The notes: a model not told the origin generated them from the sequence alone. Counted from the first letter of the stretch, positions 18,592-26,378 are shown. The stretch is DNA of 64,000 bases from an uncultured Algimonas sp. (GCA_964435725.1 CAYTAJ010000002.1:115-64114), one strand, 5' to 3'. Program-made: numbers and translations.

Positions 18592-19677
18592 GTGGCTGAT
18601 CCTGATCTATTTATCGAAGTTGCAGACGGAAAATCGGTTAACCGGTTTTTGGTGTCGCCCAAAAAACATGAGTTTGTGATAGGCAGCGGAAAAGCGGCTG
18701 ACTTTCAAATTGGGAAACGTAACCTTAAAGAGGTGCACATAAAACTCGTTAGAAATCCGAATACCCAAGAATGGCATGCGCAAGACCTGTCTAATGACTT
18801 ATTTGAAATCAAAGGAAGCACACAAAAACGCTCAATGGCTTCTGTTGCAATAAAACAAGCGATAACAGTCAATCCAAAGTGTATTATCAGGCTAAACACC
18901 GGAAAGGCTTCACTTTCGGAGAAGCTGCTTGCATCAAAATCTGTCGGAGGGTTAGGCGCCAAGGAATATGCTGTGATGATATTAGCCCCAATTTCTATCG
19001 GTCTAACAGTGTTTATGGTTTTGCAAAACCAACCTGATACAGCGCCTAAGAAAGAATTAGATTCAGTTTTAAAATGCCATGCGCAACGCACAGGGCCTGC
19101 ATTGAAAAAATATAAATATGGGTCAACCTATTTGGAACGCGTTTGGCCAGATGCATTCTATGATTGCGTGAAAAATGCAGAAGCCAGTTGTCGAGTAGCT
19201 TATGGAGAAAAAAGCGAAAAAAGAGATGCTTATCGTGGCACTTATAAAAGCCTTTGTTCTTTCCTTTCCGAAACAAGAGAGGAAACAGATGATGGCAAGA
19301 TTGCTATAGACTATTACGCATCAGAATATCCTGCAAAACGCACCATTGATCAATATAATCGACGGGCATCAGTCAGTGAGAATCAATCATTAAAACCTTT
19401 GTCCGAAAATGCGAAGCAGATTATTTCAGAGGTTTGCTTCACGTGTAATGATTATTCTCAGTTAAATGAAGCCCAAAGACAATCTTGTGATGAAGCCTCA
19501 AAAACTGTCGATGATTTGAGTCGTGCTCGAGAGTTGTGGAGTGCCGGAAGGACTAACGATGCATTAGCAGAATATCGTGCGATAAAGGTGAACTCTATGC
19601 AGTCTTGCGAGGCTTACAGAGCCGCTGATTTAAAATCTATAATTATTCTCAGAACCTCAGGTTCTCAGTCTAGGTAA
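18592..19677 (+). CDS. degenerate FHA-like domain - TM - Cys-rich periplasmic protein
   Basis: N-terminus FVIGSG...DFQI...KEVHIKL...WHAQDLSND follows FHA spacing but lacks GR and SxxH. One TM (YAVMILAPISIGLTVFMVL), 8 Cys after the TM, and a TPR-like last helix pair. Confidence 0.7.
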   Translation: MADPDLFIEVADGKSVNRFLVSPKKHEFVIGSGKAADFQIGKRNLKEVHIKLVRNPNTQEWHAQDLSNDLFEIKGSTQKRSMASVAIKQAITVNPKCIIRLNTGKASLSEKLLASKSVGGLGAKEYAVMILAPISIGLTVFMVLQNQPDTAPKKELDSVLKCHAQRTGPALKKYKYGSTYLERVWPDAFYDCVKNAEASCRVAYGEKSEKRDAYRGTYKSLCSFLSETREETDDGKIAIDYYASEYPAKRTIDQYNRRASVSENQSLKPLSENAKQIISEVCFTCNDYSQLNEAQRQSCDEASKTVDDLSRARELWSAGRTNDALAEYRAIKVNSMQSCEAYRAADLKSIIILRTSGSQSR

Positions 19678-19691
19678 GAATTGGAAACTTC

Positions 19692-22202
19692 ATGCTTGAT
19701 GTGAAATATCAAAGACGTTCAGGGTGGTCATCTACTAGGATGGCTGGGCAGTCTGTTTTGTTAATTGAAACAACTGATCCAGCATTAAGTGTCAGATTAA
19801 TCTCAGAGTTTGAGCAGTTTCAAACTTTCAAAAATGAGTTTGTGGAAAATGGTGGACGTTGGGCCCAAACTAATTTTCTCGATTTTGAAGACAATGCCTT
19901 GTCTGATGGTGAGATCAGACTCGCAAATGCTGGAATATCAGTTGCTGACTTGATTTCAGAAAGCCCCTCTGATGATCTTGCTTTAGAAAACTTATTAAAG
20001 GGTGTGCTAAATGCCTTAGCATATACGCATGAGTCTTACACGCAAAAGGGAGAGAACAGAGGACATGGTAACGTCAGACCCGAGTTGATTTTTCAAGACT
20101 CAAGTTCGGCTGATTATCCTTATCTCTTGGGGCCTGCTCTAAATCGTATCCCCGGACCCTATCAACCAGAACTATATCCTGAGAAAGCTTTTGATAAACA
20201 AATTCCGACTCAAAAAGGAGATTTGTATGCGTTAGGCATGATTGCTTTGCGATTACGGATGGGAGACCAAGAATTTGGCGAGTTTTACTCAGAAATTTAT
20301 GAATTAGAAGGAGATCGTGATATTGCTGCGAGATGGCAGGGCTGGCACGATAATATCTTCTTACATCCAAAGCTAAATCGTAAAGTCGGGGCAGATGATA
20401 AGCTCAGTAATTTTGTTATGCGGTTGTTAGAACGCAATGAAGATGCGCAATTTCCATCGGCCCGTTTTGCATTAGAGGAATTAAGCGAATTTACGGGGGC
20501 CATTAAGGTAAAGCCAGAAAAGACAGTTGTTGTTGAGACGGCGGAAGAAAGCGCGGTCGAAGATGAAGATGATGATCCATTTGTTCTTGAGCCGAAGAAG
20601 AAAAATACCAAACTCATAAATGGTCTTCTTATTGGCGCTTGTGCAATCGTTGCCGCAAGTGTAGCTGTTGTGATTTTCAAACCGGATGTCGTGACAAATG
20701 TTTTTGGGTCCGGTTCTGGTATTACCCTTCAAGCCGTTGACGACACATTGTCTGTAGATATGGCAGATAGTCAAAATACGTCTTGTAATGTCATCACAGG
20801 CACAGGGAATTGTGCCTTTGATGATTTAACAACGAAAAATAAGCGGAATATTGAAAAACTGAAACAAGAAATGTTTGTATCAGCAGTCACATTTGGTGAA
20901 ACAACGAAACGCGAAGCTCCATTTAGATTTTCTACAGATGACGGTTTTTCTTTTGAAATGAGCCAAAATGGTAGCTTGACAGTTAATACTGAAAATATGG
21001 CGGTCAATGTAGATAGCCGTGAAACAAACAGAACAATTTTATATACCTTAAAGGTGAAAAATAAGACGGATGAGGGCGCGGTGAATGTTGTTCTGACGCC
21101 ACCCAATACAAAACCAACGGCCACCACGGACGATGTGAAGATTCCGGTCGATAAAATCGAAGATTTCAAATCATTCTCTCTTCTGAAAAATGATATTGAT
21201 CCAGATCTTGCCAATAAACCTTCTGGTTGGTCATTTAATGAACAATTACGCATTTATTCCGTCAATGGGATCGAGTTTGATGGTTCACCGATAGATGTCT
21301 CTTTTGATAATGGTGAGACGAAAGTGAAAGTCAGACGTGATGGGTTATTAGAGTTTGAAAATGTCCCAGAAACCGTGACAGAGCCCATAAGCGCGAGCTT
21401 CACCTATAATGCGTTTGATGTCTTGGGCGCGCGTTCTGGAGACACGACAGCAAACATTACGATTACAAAACCAGATTGGGAAAACTCTAATCCTATTGCA
21501 CAACCAGACTCAGTTGTGGTGGATATGATAACGGAGTCTTTGCCTGTAATATTTGGTTTAATGGCTGATAATGGGAGCGGCATTGATACCGATAATGATA
21601 TCTCAGAAGAAATGGCTGCTATTGGTATATCTGATAGTCTAAAAGTTATTGATGTTAACGGACAGCCTGTGAGCGCTGGGGGGGACATAAGCCTTTCTAA
21701 TGGTGCTAAGGTCCAAGTCATCGAAGACGGAACAGTCGCTATCCTCGAGGCTCCCAGTAATGTGGAATTTGGAAAGCCTGTCTCGGAGCAATTAATTTAT
21801 ACTCTTGCCGATGAGCATGGCGGACTGGCCAATGGTGTCGCGACACTGAACTTTATGATGTCGGCCGATCCGAACTATGAACAATTAAATGACAGCTGGC
21901 GTATAAAAGTAAGGGGTAGAGTCCCAAATGGGTCTTATCAGCAAGTACAATCAGTTGACTTGCCTTCAATAAATGATTGTCGATCCTTTGCGCGAAATAT
22001 CACAGAAGAAAAAGCAAAAAGATTATTACATCCTGATTATGATTTCTTAGGTGTCTTCTGGGTTCAAGAGTTTGACGAGTATTCAGTTTGCATTTTAGAA
22101 CGTGGCTCAGATGGCCTTTTCCAAGCAAAACTGAAATCAGATGAAACGATAAAGACTAGCTTATCAGCCTTTATTCCAGAAAAATTTGAAGGGGCCGAGT
22201 GA
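19692..22202 (+). CDS. membrane protein: Hanks-type (pseudo)kinase domain - acidic linker - TM - cadherin/Ig-like repeats
   Basis: ALAYTH...HGNVRPE (catalytic-loop position, Asp replaced by Asn), YQPE, DLYALG, and LLERNEDAQFPSA C-lobe motifs. No DFG or VAIK seen. One TM, then three AxDD...NG/DG...YT repeats. Confidence 0.8.
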   Translation: MLDVKYQRRSGWSSTRMAGQSVLLIETTDPALSVRLISEFEQFQTFKNEFVENGGRWAQTNFLDFEDNALSDGEIRLANAGISVADLISESPSDDLALENLLKGVLNALAYTHESYTQKGENRGHGNVRPELIFQDSSSADYPYLLGPALNRIPGPYQPELYPEKAFDKQIPTQKGDLYALGMIALRLRMGDQEFGEFYSEIYELEGDRDIAARWQGWHDNIFLHPKLNRKVGADDKLSNFVMRLLERNEDAQFPSARFALEELSEFTGAIKVKPEKTVVVETAEESAVEDEDDDPFVLEPKKKNTKLINGLLIGACAIVAASVAVVIFKPDVVTNVFGSGSGITLQAVDDTLSVDMADSQNTSCNVITGTGNCAFDDLTTKNKRNIEKLKQEMFVSAVTFGETTKREAPFRFSTDDGFSFEMSQNGSLTVNTENMAVNVDSRETNRTILYTLKVKNKTDEGAVNVVLTPPNTKPTATTDDVKIPVDKIEDFKSFSLLKNDIDPDLANKPSGWSFNEQLRIYSVNGIEFDGSPIDVSFDNGETKVKVRRDGLLEFENVPETVTEPISASFTYNAFDVLGARSGDTTANITITKPDWENSNPIAQPDSVVVDMITESLPVIFGLMADNGSGIDTDNDISEEMAAIGISDSLKVIDVNGQPVSAGGDISLSNGAKVQVIEDGTVAILEAPSNVEFGKPVSEQLIYTLADEHGGLANGVATLNFMMSADPNYEQLNDSWRIKVRGRVPNGSYQQVQSVDLPSINDCRSFARNITEEKAKRLLHPDYDFLGVFWVQEFDEYSVCILERGSDGLFQAKLKSDETIKTSLSAFIPEKFEGAE
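20727..21860 (+). repeat. three protein-level cadherin-like/Big_9-type Ig repeats inside the pseudokinase gene
   Basis: Repeat starts LQAVDD, KPTATTDD and NPIAQPDS. Repeat ends ILYTLKV...GAVNVVL, FTYNAFD...TANITI and LIYTLADEHG...ATLNF. Diverged at the DNA level. Confidence 0.65.
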
Positions 22203-22333
22203 TGAATAATATTCTGGAAATTATTATAGTTTTGGGCGTCATAATTTTACCCATCATGTTGCTGATTTTAAAAATTGTCCAAGGCATAGCGAAACTGAAC
22301 ATGAATGATTATTTCATGTTAGCTACATTTTAA
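22202..22333 (+). CDS. 43-aa pilin-like small protein without a cleavable leader (not in the ORF track)
   Basis: ATG overlaps the upstream TGA and has a GAAGGGG RBS. Translation MNNILEIIIVLGVIILPIMLLILKIVQGIAKLNMNDYFMLATF*. Aligns with the mature Flp N-terminus (NNLVVGLIILGIVALPLV). Confidence 0.65.
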   Translation: MNNILEIIIVLGVIILPIMLLILKIVQGIAKLNMNDYFMLATF

Positions 22334-22343
22334 GTCATAAATC

Positions 22344-23333
22344 ATGAGCGGAACTCTTAGCGAAAAAGAAAAGGATATTTGGACACGCGCCATTCACAAT
22401 GTTTTGGGACCAATTGTACCTTTATTTAATGATGATAGTGTTTCTGAAATTATGATTAATGGACCTTCGGCAGTTTATGTTGAACGCAAAGGTCGTATTG
22501 AAAAAACAGATATTGAATTTCGGTCCGAATATGACCTTGAAGCTGGTATGCGCCGTGTCGCACAATTCGCAGGTCGTCGCTTAGGCCCCGATGACATTAG
22601 TGTTGATGCTCGTCTGCCTGATGGTTCTCGAGTACAAATCGTAAGAAGCCCTGCGGCAAGAAATGGTATGAGTGTCGCGATAAGGAAGTTTTCTAAAACA
22701 ACTCTGAAAATTGAAAACATTATAGGTAGTTCTCTTACACAAGAAATGGCTGACTTTCTTGAAAATTCAGTCGCTAGCCATAAGAACGTTATTATTTCTG
22801 GAGGTACGGGGACAGGGAAAACAACAATGTTAAATGTACTCGCAGACTATATTGATCCTGCAGAAAGAATACTTACAATTGAAGATACGGCCGAGCTGCA
22901 ACTGAATAATGAACACGTTGTGACATTAGAATCACAAAAAGCCCGTGATAGCGGGAAGGGTGGTATAACAATCAGGGAACTTTTTAAGGCGTCTCTTAGA
23001 ATGCGTCCTGATCGTATCATTGTTGGGGAATGTCGAGGTGGTGAAGCCGTAGAATTATTACAAGCGATGACGTCTGGTCATGATGGTACTTTGGCTACGG
23101 TTCATGCAAGTACTGTTCATGACACTTTAAATCGGTTGGAGACTATGGCACTAATGAGTGATATAGATATGCCTCTCAACGCTCTTAGGCGCCAGATTGC
23201 ATCAGCAGTTGATATTATTGTAAATATTGTACGTGAATCTTCTGGGTTGAGAAAAGTTGCACGCATTGCAACAGTTGAAGACAATCTAGATAGCAAAGGC
23301 GATTATGTTTTTGAAACATTGTTCGAATTTTAA
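22344..23333 (+). CDS. cpaF: second, short CpaF/TadA-family ATPase
   Basis: SEIMINGP, VDARLPDGSR, Walker A GGTGTGKTT, TIEDTAEL, RMRPDRIIVGECRGGEA, MTSGHDGTLATVHA. Confidence 0.93.
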   Translation: MSGTLSEKEKDIWTRAIHNVLGPIVPLFNDDSVSEIMINGPSAVYVERKGRIEKTDIEFRSEYDLEAGMRRVAQFAGRRLGPDDISVDARLPDGSRVQIVRSPAARNGMSVAIRKFSKTTLKIENIIGSSLTQEMADFLENSVASHKNVIISGGTGTGKTTMLNVLADYIDPAERILTIEDTAELQLNNEHVVTLESQKARDSGKGGITIRELFKASLRMRPDRIIVGECRGGEAVELLQAMTSGHDGTLATVHASTVHDTLNRLETMALMSDIDMPLNALRRQIASAVDIIVNIVRESSGLRKVARIATVEDNLDSKGDYVFETLFEF

Positions 23334-23348
23334 ATAAAGGCTGGGCTG

Positions 23349-24233
23349 ATGAAGCATTTAATTACAGGATTTATTGTAGCGTTTTCGATATCTGCGGCCC
23401 CTATGATTAGTCATGCTCAATTTGGCGGTTTGGACAAAATTAAAGACAAGTTTTCCAAAACAAAAAAAGAAGCCGATAAAGTTAAGGATACTGTCGACAC
23501 CGTAAACGAAACCCGCGAGACGATAGAAACTGTTCAGGATATGGTGAAAGGCGGGAGTGGTAAGCTTGATAAGCTCTTTAATGATGTGAGCTTAGTCGCC
23601 TCTGCCTATAATCAATGCTCGGACTTAACGATTTCAAAAGGGAAATCGACGGTCACGATTACAGGCGCAACGGATAACCTATCTGGTTTGCGTAAAGATC
23701 TTCCCAAATCAGATTCACTTCGATCAAATACAATCATAGAAATTGATAAATCTATGTGTGATTTTGTTGTGGGTATCCGGCGTATTCAAGACCCTAAAGA
23801 TAAGGAAACACCGTCTCTCACAGGGCCGGGGCGACAACAGGTTGCCGATGCATCGGTCAGAAAGCCCGTTCGTTTACGATTTGATTTTAATGAAGATATC
23901 AAGTTCGCACAATTCTATTATGTTGAATGGAAACCCGATCCATTTGTTGTACCACTCCTAGATTTAAAAAACGCAGAGAGCCGTGAGGATTTCTTTGGCG
24001 GAAATAATATTCCTTTGGCTAAAGGTGGTAAGTCATATGAGCTAAAAGGTCCCGATGGTCCCATTACACTATTTGGTTATGGCCCTCGCTTAATCGTTCT
24101 TGTCGAGAGCAAGAAGGCCTTAAATCTCAATGATGAGTCGCCACAAAAATGGCTAACCTCATTAAAGAAAGCACAGATAACAGGTAATGTTGCTGTGTCT
24201 GTTTCATGGCTAGAGCTTTACACGCCTAATTAA
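23349..24233 (+). CDS. hypothetical secreted protein, C-terminal domain possibly DUF4384-like
   Basis: Signal peptide ending SHA-Q, a charged helical N-region, and a C-terminal beta-domain (VRLRF...FYYVEW...PL...GPRLIVLVES) resembling DUF4384 by eye. Confidence 0.6.
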   Translation: MKHLITGFIVAFSISAAPMISHAQFGGLDKIKDKFSKTKKEADKVKDTVDTVNETRETIETVQDMVKGGSGKLDKLFNDVSLVASAYNQCSDLTISKGKSTVTITGATDNLSGLRKDLPKSDSLRSNTIIEIDKSMCDFVVGIRRIQDPKDKETPSLTGPGRQQVADASVRKPVRLRFDFNEDIKFAQFYYVEWKPDPFVVPLLDLKNAESREDFFGGNNIPLAKGGKSYELKGPDGPITLFGYGPRLIVLVESKKALNLNDESPQKWLTSLKKAQITGNVAVSVSWLELYTPN

Positions 24234-24528
24234 ACTCAGTGTGTTTGGTGGCAGCGTAATTTAGCTGCTGCTTTGTGTGCCGGTCTAATGCAAGCCTAGT
24301 TACACTTGTTATATGCAATTTTCAGCCTACCATATTCTGTGGGCACGACTTTCACTCGTCAATGATTGCGACGCCCAACTCTACCGCCGCCGCGCAATCT
24401 TTGATGCGGCGCAATTCGGCGATGCACGTTTTCATAAGACGGTATTGGCGAGGTTGTTTTTTGGATAAAGGATAGACATTTTCAAATCCTCTTAAAAATG
24501 CTATAAAAACCAAAAGGGGACTAGAATT

Positions 24529-24918
24529 ATGAAAATGTATATCAAAAGTGTGATGGTTGAGGATCAAGCCAAGGCGCTTGCCTTTTATACTGAAACATTA
24601 GATTTCGTTGTGAAACACAACATACCCATGGGCGAGCATAGCTGGCTTACGCTTGTGTCAAAGGAAGAACCTGACGGGGTCGAATTAGCACTTGAGCCCA
24701 ATGCCTATCCCCCTGCGAAAGATTTACAGGCTAAGCTTAAATCCGATAATATTCCTTGGACGTCTTTCAGCGTTGATAATATGGACGATGAAATCAAGCG
24801 CCTGAAATCCAAAGGCGTGACTGTCACGCAAGAACCAACAGATGTTGGTACAGCCATCATTGCGACGATTGATGATACATGCGGCAACCTCATTCAGCTG
24901 ATTGAGTTGAAAGGGTAG
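24529..24918 (+). CDS. VOC family (glyoxalase/bleomycin resistance) protein
   Basis: SVMVEDQAKALAFY, WLTLVS, ELALEP, DDTCGNLIQL motifs. GGGGA RBS. Confidence 0.92.
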   Translation: MKMYIKSVMVEDQAKALAFYTETLDFVVKHNIPMGEHSWLTLVSKEEPDGVELALEPNAYPPAKDLQAKLKSDNIPWTSFSVDNMDDEIKRLKSKGVTVTQEPTDVGTAIIATIDDTCGNLIQLIELKG

Positions 24919-24984
24919 TTAGCTTTTCTTTTATTGCGACTTAAATCATTTCTTCATAAATCTGACGAGAAAGTCTCAAGGCGT

Positions 24985-25323
24985 TTATGCGCGTTTCTCC
25001 CCTAACATAAGTCGTCTCATATCGCCCTTTGTCTTGATACTCAGATAGAATAAATAAGCAGAGAGAAACAACATACCGCCAAAGACGGCCAATAGCCCCA
25101 AGAGTAAGCCGCTTGACGAGAAACTATTCCGCCAACTCACCCATAGTCCCGATAAAAGAAGAAAGCAGAAAAAGTCGAAATTAAACTGTCCTGGCCATGT
25201 CATAGCAATCATATCGCCAAAAAAGATGGGTAATAAATTCCATCCATGATTTGATATTGTGACGGCTGTGTAAATTATTATGCCAAGGAATAAGGCTACA
25301 AGAAAACATCTGAAAGCGGTCAT
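24985..25323 (-). CDS. small membrane protein (DUF1475-like)
   Basis: Three TMs and the WPGQFNFDF motif. GGA-type RBS upstream. Confidence 0.7.
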   Translation of the reverse strand: MTAFRCFLVALFLGIIIYTAVTISNHGWNLLPIFFGDMIAMTWPGQFNFDFFCFLLLSGLWVSWRNSFSSSGLLLGLLAVFGGMLFLSAYLFYLSIKTKGDMRRLMLGEKRA

Positions 25324-25423
25324 ATTTAGGAACCCGTTAGAGGATTTATTTCGTTGGTTTATTAGAACGTGACATTTAATCCGTCAATTTGAGGCCTCGA
25401 TAAGAGCCTTTCGGATGGTTTAA

Positions 25424-26314
25424 ATGGTTGTCAGTTTCGGATTCGGAGTGAGATTTGTTCCACGATTATTGATTAGGATTAGTCACAAAAACCGTGCTTT
25501 CCAAAAACTCCATCCCCACCCATCAAACCGTGTTTACAATGCGTGGGTGAAATTTGATGACCACATATCGAGTTATTTGGCCAAGCCTGCGGAAGCGCGG
25601 CGCTTTGACCATGCGGCGGCTGTGCGTCGGATAAATGATCTGTGCTATCTGATGATTGCCATGATATCTTGTGCCTCGACAGCTTTGAAAATCGGACGGC
25701 AGCTCCAAAGAGAGGTGAGACAGATCGCAATAGCGGCCTCTCAGCTCAGGCGATATGAATTAAAGCTCGATATGCTCCGCCATCCAGACTGGCGCTTGAA
25801 AGTCATCAAAGACTTAGGCGGGGTGAATAAATTAATACGCCTTTGGAAACGCCTCTCTGAACCATGCGAGACGTTTAAGCGTCAGCTCAAAAAGCTGACC
25901 TATGAAGAAATTCGGTATCGTCAACATATTCAGCGTATCGCCAAAGCGCATGCCCATCCTAATATTTATCGCGACCCGTTTCGTGTCGACCAAGATGGAG
26001 AGTTCCGCCTACCGCCTATGCCGAGGCGGGCGTTGGGTAAGCCAAATAACAAACCGTCTCCCTATAATTATGACGCGCGTCCTGTCGTCGACTTCAAAGG
26101 CCTCAAACAACCCATCATGGTTTGGCCGGATGAGTTCTTTGTTTTCATGAATTGGAAGGAGCGGCCGAAAGAGGTCAAACTAATCAAACGTCGCCATGCT
26201 TTCATGGATAAATGGCTCGCGGCTATTCTGGCGGATACGGCAGACGAGTTACCCGCGCAGCCGAGGAATAAGACCCAAACGGCGCGGGCCCCGCCTTGTG
26301 AGATATTGGTTTAA
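25424..26314 (+). CDS. hypothetical basic protein; start uncertain
   Basis: 296-aa ORF filling the gap between known genes, rich in Arg/Lys/Pro, followed by a hairpin. No family recognised. Confidence 0.5.
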   Translation: MVVSFGFGVRFVPRLLIRISHKNRAFQKLHPHPSNRVYNAWVKFDDHISSYLAKPAEARRFDHAAAVRRINDLCYLMIAMISCASTALKIGRQLQREVRQIAIAASQLRRYELKLDMLRHPDWRLKVIKDLGGVNKLIRLWKRLSEPCETFKRQLKKLTYEEIRYRQHIQRIAKAHAHPNIYRDPFRVDQDGEFRLPPMPRRALGKPNNKPSPYNYDARPVVDFKGLKQPIMVWPDEFFVFMNWKERPKEVKLIKRRHAFMDKWLAAILADTADELPAQPRNKTQTARAPPCEILV

Positions 26315-26378
26315 GGGAAGCACCATCTGCCCTCCGGGCAGGTGGTTATGAGTGCTGGGAATACGGATGAAGAATGCC

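Larger units (their letters stand above)
1..24233. other. AT-richer accessory region carrying the atypical tad system
   Basis: Visibly lower GC and more A/T-ending codons than aceA/acs/actP, with many orphans. No integrase, transposase or att repeat seen. Confidence 0.6.

Noticed and set aside
20064-20084. Treating the kinase Asp-to-Asn change (AAC vs GAC) as a single sequencing error in an active kinase
   Set aside because: DFG, the VAIK lysine and the Gly-rich loop are also not recognisable, so multiple independent losses favour a true pseudokinase.
2582-22202. Calling the region a type VI secretion system
   Set aside because: Only regulatory-like analogues (ABC, vWA, kinase-like, FHA-like) are present. 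No Hcp, VgrG, TssB/C, TssL/M or ClpV gene is in the window.
14775-23333. Interpreting the two ATPases as VirB11/TrbB of a conjugative element or ICE
   Set aside because: No VirB4, relaxase, coupling protein or integrase is present. The context (flp, cpaA, cpaB, tadB/C/E/G) and the MNTGH/MTSGH motifs fit CpaF.
24313-24468. 51-aa plus-strand ORF (MQFSAYH...LYRRRAIFDAAQFG...) faintly resembling a transposase C-terminal motif
   Set aside because: No RBS, no terminal inverted repeats, and the similarity is too short to support a pseudogene or IS call.
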